Part shown: positions 56,156-64,000 of the stretch, piece by piece
Layout: every line of letters starts with the position of its first letter
Numbering within the stretch: position 1 is the first letter of the stretch
NCBI GenBank assembly: GCA_038826755.1
Contig: JAWBOE010000003.1
Location: 13,346 to 77,345, forward strand
Source of the DNA: Candidatus Bathyarchaeia archaeon
GTDB lineage: Archaea; Thermoproteota; Bathyarchaeia; Bathyarchaeales; Bathycorpusculaceae
Direction of reading: 5' to 3'
Length of the DNA stretch: 64,000 bases
Program-made: the position numbers and the translations under genes
Notes under the pieces: model-generated
Database searches by the model: none
What the model was told of the DNA's origin: nothing
The model's input: only the letters and a program-made list of their open reading frames with translations

Positions 56156-57193
56156 ATGGACTCAAGCCTAAAAACTTATCTAATTCGGAGATTAATCCTG
56201 ATAATTCCAACGTTGATTGGCGTTACACTGCTAATATTCGCAGTAACCCAGATTTTTGATCCAATTCAGCGTGCATCCCTATACGTGAGAGATCCAAGGC
56301 AAATGGGTGCATTAGATGAGATAATAGCGAAATATGGTCTTGACCAACCAGTTTACACACAATACTTCACATGGATCAGTCAATTATTTCAAGGAAATCT
56401 GGGCTGGTCACAATCGCTTCACATGCCCGTGTCAACAGCACTAGCAACACGTTTTTCCGCAACCGCTGAACTAGCCATCTATGCAGCACCATTAACGATA
56501 ATAATAGGCATATTCCTAGGTAAACTCTCTGCTGTTAAAAAGGATACGCTGATCGACCATGCAACAAGAGCAATGTCCATCGTTGGCTGGTCGCTTCCAG
56601 CATTCTGGCTTGGAATAGTGCTTCTTGCCTTTTTTTATGGTGGATTAGGCATTTTTTCCCCAGGAAGACTAAGCCCCTGGGCTGAAAACCTAGTGCGCAC
56701 TGGAGAATTCAGAATCTACACAGGCTTATACACTATTGATTCAATTCTTAACCTCAACGGCGCCGTTTTTATCGATGCCCTGTCTCATCTAATTTTGCCA
56801 GTAGCAACTTTAACCATAATTGATGTGGCGCTAATAATGCGTGTCATGCGGTCGAGCATGCTGGAACAGTTGGGAAAAACGTATGTGACAGCAGCAAGAG
56901 CAAGAGGGCTTGACGAAAAAACAGTTATAAACAAACACGTCACTAAGAACGCGTTAATCCCTGTGGTAACACTTTCAGGCTTATTAACAGCGGGACTCCT
57001 TTCAGGAGTTGTAATTACAGAGACGATATTTGAGTTTAAGGGCATTGGCTATTTTGCTGCTCACGCCGCTACGCAACTTGATATTCCAGCCGTTTTAGGA
57101 TTTGCTCTTTTAACTGGGCTGATATTTGTAGTTACAAACCTCATAGTGGACTTGCTTTACGCCCACATAGACCCGCGGATTAGACTCAGGTGA
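56156..57193 (+). CDS. ABC transporter permease (DppB/OppB type)
   Basis: 345 aa with an N-terminal YLIRRL..IPTL.GV. The EAA region is TAARARGLDEKTVINKHVTKNALIP. Confidence 0.85.
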   Translation: MDSSLKTYLIRRLILIIPTLIGVTLLIFAVTQIFDPIQRASLYVRDPRQMGALDEIIAKYGLDQPVYTQYFTWISQLFQGNLGWSQSLHMPVSTALATRFSATAELAIYAAPLTIIIGIFLGKLSAVKKDTLIDHATRAMSIVGWSLPAFWLGIVLLAFFYGGLGIFSPGRLSPWAENLVRTGEFRIYTGLYTIDSILNLNGAVFIDALSHLILPVATLTIIDVALIMRVMRSSMLEQLGKTYVTAARARGLDEKTVINKHVTKNALIPVVTLSGLLTAGLLSGVVITETIFEFKGIGYFAAHAATQLDIPAVLGFALLTGLIFVVTNLIVDLLYAHIDPRIRLR

Positions 57194-58122
57194 TTAATGT
57201 GCCCAAAAACAAGTTTTTGAATGCTGATAACCCGCATGTGAAAGAATTGCTCTTTGTTTTGAAGAAAATGCGGAGCAGCCCGCTTTCCATTGCTGGTCTC
57301 TCACTTGTCGTATTTTTCACTTTAATGGCCATTTTAGCACCTGTTCTTGCTCCTCCGCAGCCTAACAGAGATCCATACATTATGCCTCGAGCGGGATATT
57401 CGCCTATTCCGAAGCCACCGAGCATGGAAAACATCTTTGGCACAACAGAAGGACAATATGACCTGTACTACGGTGTTATCTGGGGCGCAAGGGCTGCCTA
57501 CCGCATAGGCGTCTTGGTTGTCGCAGTAAGCGTCATAATAGGCGTGATCATTGGTGGCTTAGCGGGTTATTATAAGGGCGTTTTGGATGAAATCCTCATG
57601 AGGTTTACAGATATAATTTTAGCTTTTCCAGCGTTAATATTGGCGATGGCCTTTGTTGTGGCCTTCGGTCGCGGTCTCGATAGCATCACGTTAGCTTTGA
57701 TTTTGGTTTGGTGGCCTTCTTATGCCCGAATAACCCGAGGAGAATTTCTAAGAATAACCGCAGAAGACTTCATTGAAGCCTCAAAAGCTATTGGATGTTC
57801 TGATCTCAGAATAATAGTAAGGCACATTATTCCAAACACTGTTTTTCCACTAATAATAATGGCTTCTCTTGATATAGGCTCAGTTGCGTTAACAGCGGCT
57901 GCACTAAGTTTCTTGGGATTAGGCGCTCCTTCTGGGTATTCAGACTGGGGACAGATAATATCGCTTTCAAGAAACTGGATAACAGGTGCCCCTGGAAACC
58001 CATTTGCCTACTGGCACACGTACATAATTCCAGGCATATTCCTCTTTTTGTTCGTTATGGGATGGAACCTTCTGGGTGATGCATTGAGGGATATACTTGA
58101 CCCAATGATAAGGAGGCGTTGA
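57190..58122 (+). CDS. ABC transporter permease (DppC/OppC type)
   Basis: 310 aa. Its GTG start overlaps the upstream stop. The EAA region is EASKAIGCSDLRIIVRHIIPN. Confidence 0.85.
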   Translation: MINVPKNKFLNADNPHVKELLFVLKKMRSSPLSIAGLSLVVFFTLMAILAPVLAPPQPNRDPYIMPRAGYSPIPKPPSMENIFGTTEGQYDLYYGVIWGARAAYRIGVLVVAVSVIIGVIIGGLAGYYKGVLDEILMRFTDIILAFPALILAMAFVVAFGRGLDSITLALILVWWPSYARITRGEFLRITAEDFIEASKAIGCSDLRIIVRHIIPNTVFPLIIMASLDIGSVALTAAALSFLGLGAPSGYSDWGQIISLSRNWITGAPGNPFAYWHTYIIPGIFLFLFVMGWNLLGDALRDILDPMIRRR

Positions 58123-58125
58123 GAG

Positions 58126-59223
58126 GTGGCAGAGCAACCTTTGAATGAAAATGAGCAATTAAGAGTTGAAGACTTAGTTGTAAGGTTTTACACTTATGAA
58201 GGAATAGTGAAGGCCGTTGAAAAAGCAAATTTGACTGTGCGAAAAGGCGAAACTTTGGGGATCGTAGGTGAAACTGGCAGCGGAAAATCCGTTACGGGAT
58301 TAACGATAATGGCGTTAACCCCTACACCCGGAAAAGTTGAAGGCGGACGAATTTACTTTAGAAAAGGCGCAGACGACGTGGTGGATATTTTACAGTTGTC
58401 AGAACTTGAACTTCTTAGAATTAGAGGAAAAGAAATTTCAATGATTTTTCAAGAACCCAAAGCCGCTTTAGATCCATTATACACAGTTGGCGAACAAATA
58501 AGCGAAGCAATATTGACTCACAGACTTGAGGAAATGAACGAGAAAGCTAACAAGCTAGCAGCCACGCAGCAACGTGGCAACTCTTTTCTTGAGCGATTCT
58601 CCATTTTCAAAAATCTACAGAGAAAAAGAATACTAAATCAGGTGGTTCGAAAGGAAATAGTGGAACTATTGAAATTAATGGAAATTAGTGATCCAGAAAG
58701 AGTTGTTGACGCTTATCCACACGAGTTAAGCGGAGGCATGCAGCAACGGATAGTCATCGCAATAGCATTAGCATGTAATCCTATGCTTCTACTGGCTGAT
58801 GAACCAACAACAAACCTCGATGTAACAGTTCAGGCGCAAATAATCGACCTAATAACGCGGCTCAAAAGAAAACTCGGGGCATCCATAATATACATAACCC
58901 ATGATATGGGCGTGATAGCTGAAATCAGCGATAGAGTGGCCGTGATGTACGCCGGAAGCGTTGTCGAAGTTGCTCCGGTTATGGACCTCTTCAAAAAGCC
59001 ATTACATCCTTACACAAGTGCGCTTCTCAACTCTATCCCGAAGCCAGGCTCTGAATTCATATCCATACCTGGAACCGTACCAAATTTGGTTTCGCCTCCA
59101 ACTGGCTGCCGATTTCACCCACGTTGCACAAATGCAACTGCTATCTGTAGTCGGGAAATTCCTGAACTAAAAGAAGTTGCAAAGGATCACTTTGTAGCCT
59201 GCCATAATTATGGGGGCAACTAA
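58126..59223 (+). CDS. ABC transporter ATP-binding protein (DppD/OppD type)
   Basis: 365 aa. Walker A GETGSGKS, signature LSGGMQQR, Walker B LLADEPTT and a C-terminal oligopeptide-transporter domain with a Cys cluster. Confidence 0.9.
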   Translation: MAEQPLNENEQLRVEDLVVRFYTYEGIVKAVEKANLTVRKGETLGIVGETGSGKSVTGLTIMALTPTPGKVEGGRIYFRKGADDVVDILQLSELELLRIRGKEISMIFQEPKAALDPLYTVGEQISEAILTHRLEEMNEKANKLAATQQRGNSFLERFSIFKNLQRKRILNQVVRKEIVELLKLMEISDPERVVDAYPHELSGGMQQRIVIAIALACNPMLLLADEPTTNLDVTVQAQIIDLITRLKRKLGASIIYITHDMGVIAEISDRVAVMYAGSVVEVAPVMDLFKKPLHPYTSALLNSIPKPGSEFISIPGTVPNLVSPPTGCRFHPRCTNATAICSREIPELKEVAKDHFVACHNYGGN

Positions 59224-59225
59224 AA

Positions 59226-60233
59226 ATGAGTTACGTGCTAGTAACAGAGAGCTTAAAAAAATATTTCTCTATAACAGGCGGTCTCCTCGCTACGAAAAAA
59301 GGCGAAATCAAGGCTGTTGATAGTGTAAGCTTGGCCATTAAAAAGGGCGAAATTTTTGGTTTGGTTGGTGAATCGGGCTGCGGAAAAACAACCTACGGGA
59401 AAACCATAATAAGACTATTGAATCCTGATGGTGGCAAAATATTCTTTGATCCAGATGGAACGCTGCCCCTCAACCCTTCAGATGATTTTAGCCAATTTGA
59501 TATATGCACTGCCAAAAAAGGAAAACTGAAAAATCTGCGAAGACACATGCAAATCGTCTACCAGAACCCTTCCACCTCACTTGACCCGAGAATGCTCGTT
59601 AAAGACATAGTTGCAGAACCCTTAATAGTCCATAAAATATGCAAGGGAAAAGATGCTGAAGAATCTGTTCTAAAAATGCTGGAGCAGGTAGGCTTATCCA
59701 CGGAGCATCTTCGCAGATACCCCCATGAATTCAGCGGCGGACAACGCCAACGCATAGCCATTGCAAGAGCATTAATCACTAACCCCAACTTCGTAGTATT
59801 GGATGAACCAACATCGTCTGTGGATGTTTCTGTTAGAGCATCCCTTTTACAGCTTTTTAAGGAGCTACAGCAAAAGATGGGTTTAACATATCTTTTTATT
59901 AGTCATGACCTTGCCGTCGTGGAAGCTCTCTGTGATAGAGTCGCCGTCATGTACCTCGGCAAAGTATCTGAAGTTGCAGCAGCCAAAGATCTCTTCTACG
60001 AGCCTCTTCACCCTTACACCAAAGCTTTATTTTCAGCTATACCTGTGCCTGATCCAGCAACAAAACGCAAGCGACTAATATTGCCGGGTGAACCGCCAAG
60101 CCCAGCAAACCCTCCAAACGGTTGCCGATTCCACCCACGATGCCCTTACGCAATGGATATATGCAAAACGGAAGAGCCACAACTGAAAGAGACAAAAACA
60201 AGTCACACGGTAGCATGTCACTTATACAAATAA
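59226..60233 (+). CDS. ABC transporter ATP-binding protein (DppF/OppF type)
   Basis: 335 aa. Walker A GESGCGKTT, signature FSGGQRQR and Walker B VVLDEPTS. Confidence 0.9.
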   Translation: MSYVLVTESLKKYFSITGGLLATKKGEIKAVDSVSLAIKKGEIFGLVGESGCGKTTYGKTIIRLLNPDGGKIFFDPDGTLPLNPSDDFSQFDICTAKKGKLKNLRRHMQIVYQNPSTSLDPRMLVKDIVAEPLIVHKICKGKDAEESVLKMLEQVGLSTEHLRRYPHEFSGGQRQRIAIARALITNPNFVVLDEPTSSVDVSVRASLLQLFKELQQKMGLTYLFISHDLAVVEALCDRVAVMYLGKVSEVAAAKDLFYEPLHPYTKALFSAIPVPDPATKRKRLILPGEPPSPANPPNGCRFHPRCPYAMDICKTEEPQLKETKTSHTVACHLYK

Positions 60234-60288
60234 GTGTAACAATGTGGTTGCGCAGGCTCTCCATTTTATAGCTTAAAAAAAAGAGCAG

Positions 60289-60444
60289 TGGTCGGGAGGG
60301 CAGGATTTGAACCTGCGACAGTCCGGTTTCTGTTGTGCGCCTAGCAGGCTGAGTGATGCCTACCATGGGTAGACGTCTACAGCGTCTCCGTCTGCCAAGC
60401 GTGTTGGCAGACTCGGAAGCTCTGCCAGGCTGAGCTACCTCCCG
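60289..60444 (-). tRNA. tRNA-Tyr (anticodon GUA) interrupted by two introns; CCA encoded
   Basis: Manual fold of the minus strand: acceptor CGGGAGG/CCTCCCG (C1-G72), D arm GCTC-AGCCTGGCA-GAGC, variable CTGTC, T arm GCAGG-TTCAAAT-CCTGC, discriminator A, then CCA. The anticodon arm TCCGG-CTGTAGA-CCGGA appears only after removing 60384-60413 (30 nt, position 30/31) and 60328-60376 (49 nt, position 37/38). Both junctions sit in bulge-helix-bulge-like structures. Confidence 0.8.
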
Positions 60445-60626
60445 ACGGAAACATTAGGATAAAACAAAAGAATTTATGTGTTACGCATTGTTCGAACCCA
60501 ACTGTAAATTTTCCGTAATGCCTTAATTGAACTCAGCGATTTGGCAGGTACAACATAAAATCGCCTGCGCCGCAAATCTTTTTATATTGATTACCATACA
60601 GAAATAGCAATGGGAGTACATTTAAT

Positions 60627-61202
60627 ATGAGTTATCAACAAGTACAAAACAAACCTACAGGCGCATATACGCTTTCGTTGATAGGTGGGATTCTCGGCGT
60701 TCTCGGTGGCATAGGTTTTGTAATCTACGGAATATGGATTTACGTGGAAATAGCCAGCTACTTAGAGGGATACTATGGCGGTTTATTTGACGAATATGTA
60801 GGTCTCTTCGGATTAAGCTGGACTGCCATGCTTGCGGTCGGAATCTTGGTGTTAATTTTTTCAATGCTGATAATTGTCTTTGCAAGAAAATTAAATGAGT
60901 ATCCGATGGAGCACTCAAAATGGGGCGCACTGATTCTCATTTTCTCCATAATAGGCTCATTTAACATAATAGCGCTAATAGGTGGAATACTAGCTTTGAC
61001 TTATAAACCAATACCTGTAGCGTCTCAACCCTATGGGTACCCGCCACAGCAACCAGTTGGGTACGCGCCGCAGTATGCACCAACACCACAGTACGCACCG
61101 CAACCTACACAGCAGACCATTACCAGAATATGCCCTCAATGTGGTCGGGTAGTAAACGAAAACGTAAAATACTGTCCTCACTGTGGAAAACAACTAAATT
61201 GA
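60627..61202 (+). CDS. Membrane protein with Pro/Gln/Tyr-rich linker and C-terminal zinc ribbon
   Basis: 191 aa with 4 TM helices. A repetitive PQ(P)Y stretch (SQPYGYPPQQPVGYAPQYAPTPQYAPQPTQQ) is followed by CPQCG...CPHCG. Confidence 0.6.
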   Translation: MSYQQVQNKPTGAYTLSLIGGILGVLGGIGFVIYGIWIYVEIASYLEGYYGGLFDEYVGLFGLSWTAMLAVGILVLIFSMLIIVFARKLNEYPMEHSKWGALILIFSIIGSFNIIALIGGILALTYKPIPVASQPYGYPPQQPVGYAPQYAPTPQYAPQPTQQTITRICPQCGRVVNENVKYCPHCGKQLN

Positions 61203-61413
61203 GCTTTGAGCCTGAAAATCTCCCTTTTTTATTGATAAAAACTTAATTTTACATATACCGCATTCAATTTGCAAATGCGCCCTCCTATCAAAAGGATGTA
61301 ATAGCATATACCAAGGTTTAACGCGTAAATCAACAAATTTAAAATGAGTCACACACAATATTTTTAGAGCGTGGGGGCGCATCAGCATCCTGACAAAAGA
61401 CGCTCTAAAAGTT

Positions 61414-61893
61414 TTGAGCGCTATAAACGAAACCGTAGGTCGCATAAACTTAACCGAGTTCGCAAGAATAGTTGGTTTACCCCGAAGCCAAATCATAGAA
61501 TGCATGCACGAATTGCAAAAAGAAAACTTGTTAAAAAGAGTAAACAGTGGATACGCAATAACAGTTTCGGGCAGAAACCTCGTCAAAGCTCTTATGCCTG
61601 TCCAAGCTGGAATGGAATTTCATTTTTACACAGCAATCGGGCAGCCTACGCCGCATGTTGCCAAAAACCTGAAGGAATTCTATGACATAATTAGGCATGT
61701 CGACACAGTTTCTATCGAGTTTCATCTTTATCGAGGCGATTTTGAAAAATGGTTGGGAACAGCGGTTAATGATACGGCAGTAACCATGCAACTTGTAAAC
61801 CTGAAAAACGAAAAATTAATTGGTGAACCTCTACGAAATAAGCTTATTGAGCTGCTTGACGCCGAATACAGTTTAGAAAAACTATCCTATTGA
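61414..61893 (+). CDS. Winged-helix protein with C-terminal domain of unknown function
   Basis: 159 aa from TTG 61414. The wHTH is INLTEFARIVGLPRSQIIECMHELQKENLLKRVNSGYAITVSG. The C-terminal part is FHFYTAIGQPT...EFHLYRGDFEKWL. The frame stays open and protein-like upstream (ISILTKDALKVL) without a canonical start codon. Confidence 0.55.
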   Translation: MSAINETVGRINLTEFARIVGLPRSQIIECMHELQKENLLKRVNSGYAITVSGRNLVKALMPVQAGMEFHFYTAIGQPTPHVAKNLKEFYDIIRHVDTVSIEFHLYRGDFEKWLGTAVNDTAVTMQLVNLKNEKLIGEPLRNKLIELLDAEYSLEKLSY

Positions 61894-62369
61894 CACTGCG
61901 ATTTTTCTTTTTCTAACATGTGCCACCAGTGGGGTACCTTGATGTCCTTTGGCAGATCCCATGGATCGGCAGGTTTTATGTCCAAAACAGGCGTGCCATC
62001 AAAGGCGTCTAAACCGCGAACTGTTAAGATGTTGCCTTCAACCTTAACTAACTCAACCAACGTTAAACCAATAGGATTCGGTCGGAACTTGCTGCGGGTA
62101 GCGAAAACGCCCAACAACGGCAAGTCTTTTCTGCCTCTCGGGTGAACCTTTAATGTCTTTCGTTCTTCGCTTGTGATCTTATTTAGCCAGAACAGAATAA
62201 ACAAGTGTGAAAAGCTCGATATGCCGTCCAGAGCCGCCGTAAACTCTGGTTTAACAATTATCTGTGAAACACTCTGTTTTTCTTTTGCACTAGAATCCTC
62301 AGCAGCGTTTTTGACAATGCCTACTTCAGTTAAAGAAATTTTATTTTTGGTGCTCATCCGCTGCAACAC
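61887..62369 (-). CDS. trmO: tRNA (t6A37-N6)-methyltransferase TrmO (TsaA/YaeB family)
   Basis: 160 aa. RPNPIGLTLVELVKVEGNILTVRGLDAFDGTPVLDIKP is diagnostic. Its 3' end overlaps the convergent gene by 7 nt. Confidence 0.8.
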   Translation of the reverse strand: MLQRMSTKNKISLTEVGIVKNAAEDSSAKEKQSVSQIIVKPEFTAALDGISSFSHLFILFWLNKITSEERKTLKVHPRGRKDLPLLGVFATRSKFRPNPIGLTLVELVKVEGNILTVRGLDAFDGTPVLDIKPADPWDLPKDIKVPHWWHMLEKEKSQCQ

Positions 62370-62465
62370 GCCAATTGAATTGGCAAATTATAACTATAAA
62401 AGTCTTCTAGTTGAAACCGCAAACTCTATATTTCTTGATGAAACCTGTCTTTTAACTGTTCAAGT

Positions 62466-62543
62466 GGGCCCGTAGCTCAGTAAGGTTAGAGCGGCGGACT
62501 CTTAATCCGTAGGTCGCGGGTTCAATTCCCGTCGGGCCCGCCA
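62466..62543 (+). tRNA. tRNA-Lys (anticodon CUU), CCA encoded
   Basis: Manual cloverleaf: GGGCCCG/CGGGCCC acceptor, D arm GCTC-AGTAAGGTTA-GAGC, anticodon arm GCGGA-CTCTTAA-TCCGT, variable AGGTC, T arm GCGGG-TTCAATT-CCCGT and discriminator G followed by CCA. Confidence 0.9.
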
Positions 62544-62630
62544 CACAAAAGCATGAATTAAAACCGTGTTTTTTGTTATTAATAATTTTGGGCATTGCCG
62601 CATAGGTTTTATTTGGTGGCTATCTTTTTG

Positions 62631-63923
62631 TTATTGAAAAGTAATTATCTTAAGGTCAGCGGCTACAAATAGCTTGCCTGAAGCGTAGGCTGGCGGAAGT
62701 ACCCAGAAAGCAAAATTCTTTGTCCACTGAATCTCACCTGAATTCTCACTAATGCCGTAGAGGTCGCTGAACGCAGTAACGTAAAGGACGCGATGGGTTG
62801 TTAGAGTTAAGTTGATTGCAAGCACTGAAGGATTGGCTGCGCTACTTGAGATGGGCGTTTTCCAGTTTAACTTTCCATCGGCAAGGCTGAGAGAAAGAAT
62901 GTATCCTTGATAGTTTACTTCGTGTTGTGGTTGAGAGTAAGCCACGTATCCTATGAATACTTGGTCAAAATCAGATATGGGAGCAGAAAAAGCTGCATAG
63001 TCTGACTGGGTCTGTTTGTCACAGGGATATACCCACTTCAAGTTGCCATCGGTTTGGTTTATTGCGTAAAAGTTGCCATTGCTAGCTCCAAATAATACTA
63101 ATCCATTTGCAAGCGTTGGCTGAAACACTGTACCATCAACATCAAAGCTCCAGAGCACATTGCCTGACGCCTCGTCCAGACAGAATATGGTTTGGTTTTC
63201 ACGTAAACCCCAAAGAACGATTCGTCCATCTGCAATAATTAGGGATCCGATGTCATGCCCAATTTTGGTTGACCACTGTTGCTGTCCAGTATCTGCATTT
63301 AGACTAACCAGAGACCGAACATAGTTCGGGGCACCTGATATATTAACGGCTAATATGCGGTTATCTACGCAGGCAAGTGCCTGATAAACTCCAGCGTGGC
63401 TGCCTGAATCCCACAACAGCGTCCCGTTCACAGCGTCTAAGATATAAAAGCCGTCTGCGTTCACTAGCACTTTACCATCTGACACTTCAAAGTCAGGGGG
63501 ACTTCTTGAAGCAGCACTCGAACTCACATTAGGCTTGAATTGCCAAAGCACAGTTCCTGCATCCTCGTTAAAACATGTTAGAACTGAACCTCTTGAGCCA
63601 GCATAAACTCTGCCATCTGCAACAGTAAGTAAATGAGCCCAACCAGCATAACCGCCCAAACTGTAGCACCATAGGATTCTGCCGTCTTGTTGATCAAAAG
63701 CGTAAAGGTCACCGCTAAACGTTATGACAAATACTTTACCATTAGCAACTTCAAGGTCGCCAATGTTAGTGCCAAGATTACGCTCCCAAACTGTTGATAC
63801 TCCAGTAGCGATTTTTTCCTTCAAACCATTCAGTTCCGTTTGCAACTGCGCTATTTGAATATATTCAAAAAATGCTACTGCAGAACTAGCGACCAAGCCG
63901 ACGACAAGCAAAAGGGCAAGCAA
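62631..63923 (-). CDS. Membrane-anchored PQQ-like beta-propeller repeat protein
   Basis: 430 aa. An N-terminal TM helix and short coiled coil precede repeated ...DG.VY.....G.LYA.D...G..LW blades. The TTG start is at 63923. The frame is open back to a TAA at 63973-63975 and encodes a typical basic pre-TM segment (SKRRYVNVSKSVWK), so the real start may be non-canonical. Confidence 0.75.
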   Translation of the reverse strand: MLALLLVVGLVASSAVAFFEYIQIAQLQTELNGLKEKIATGVSTVWERNLGTNIGDLEVANGKVFVITFSGDLYAFDQQDGRILWCYSLGGYAGWAHLLTVADGRVYAGSRGSVLTCFNEDAGTVLWQFKPNVSSSAASRSPPDFEVSDGKVLVNADGFYILDAVNGTLLWDSGSHAGVYQALACVDNRILAVNISGAPNYVRSLVSLNADTGQQQWSTKIGHDIGSLIIADGRIVLWGLRENQTIFCLDEASGNVLWSFDVDGTVFQPTLANGLVLFGASNGNFYAINQTDGNLKWVYPCDKQTQSDYAAFSAPISDFDQVFIGYVAYSQPQHEVNYQGYILSLSLADGKLNWKTPISSSAANPSVLAINLTLTTHRVLYVTAFSDLYGISENSGEIQWTKNFAFWVLPPAYASGKLFVAADLKIITFQ

Positions 63924-64000
63924 CTTCCAAACGCTTTTGGAAACATTGACATAGCGCCTTCTTGCTGATTCCTTAAGAACCGCTTGGGTTGTATTCTCAA

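Noticed and set aside
60037-60366. 109-aa minus-strand ORF from the six-frame track
   Set aside because: It overlaps the 3' end of the oppF-like ATPase gene and runs through the tRNA-Tyr gene. Its sequence has no protein-like features, and the tRNA explains the region.
60328-60413. Alternative splicing model for tRNA-Tyr in which the inner helix AGACG/CGTCT is the mature anticodon stem
   Set aside because: That model also gives a cloverleaf on paper. However, it leaves the TCCG/CGGA helix unexplained, although that helix sits exactly at positions 27-30/40-43 next to the D stem and variable loop. The required junctions also do not fall in 3-nt bulges separated by 4 bp. The 30/31 plus 37/38 model satisfies both the cloverleaf geometry and the bulge-helix-bulge geometry.
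61194-61586. 130-aa minus-strand ORF and the plus-strand 104-aa ORF 61371-61685
   Set aside because: Both overlap the wHTH gene 61414-61893, whose frame shows a clear HTH-wing pattern. The alternatives are Arg/Lys/Cys-rich shadow frames.
1-64000. CRISPR arrays, rRNA genes and IS/transposase genes
   Set aside because: Scanning the intergenic regions by eye showed no regularly spaced direct repeats of 24-40 nt, no rRNA-like conserved blocks, and no ORF with DDE/HUH transposase or tyrosine/serine recombinase motifs.

Overview
This window is a contiguous piece of an archaeal chromosome. The evidence is GatD/GatE, TiaS, RadA, aIF-1A and aIF-2beta, a family-B DNA polymerase, a Rio1-KH cluster, and a tRNA with bulge-helix-bulge (BHB) introns. 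The gene content and non-canonical tRNA intron suggest a TACK/Thermoproteota-type lineage such as Bathyarchaeia, but that is inference only. The sequence looks moderately AT-rich by eye. Coding density is high, and many genes overlap by 1-11 nt or start with GTG/TTG.

Most genes are housekeeping:
- Translation: dph5, aIF2beta, aIF1A, Rio1, KH protein, gatDE, alaS, alaX, tiaS, trmO, an NFACT/RqcH homolog, and a Ygr210-type GTPase.
- Replication and repair: polB and radA.
- Transport and metabolism: a complete pstSCAB-phoU phosphate uptake operon with a divergent AbrB-PhoU regulator, a five-gene Opp/Dpp-type ABC transporter, fumarate hydratase alpha/beta, larA, mgsA, mobA, uppS, ribL and rubrerythrin.
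- Three tRNA genes: Ala-GGC, Lys-CUU, and a Tyr-GUA gene split by two introns.

The accessory-looking parts are:
1. A self-contained three-gene cassette of mutually paralogous proteins, each with a small N-terminal domain plus a winged-helix-like module (35.9-37.4 kb), that I cannot assign to any named family.
2. A cell-surface island (45-52.6 kb) with two tandem paralogous secreted proteins carrying a PEG...RYFR C-terminal anchor, a cohesin-domain protein with a PEF-CTERM-like tail, a membrane-anchored winged-helix (wHTH) regulator, and a divergent dockerin-like secreted protein.
3. A decayed MinD/ParA-type ATPase pseudogene (2.65-3.48 kb).

I recognised no rRNA, CRISPR array, transposase or integrase. 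All calls rest on reading the translations and sequence by eye; no database search was run.
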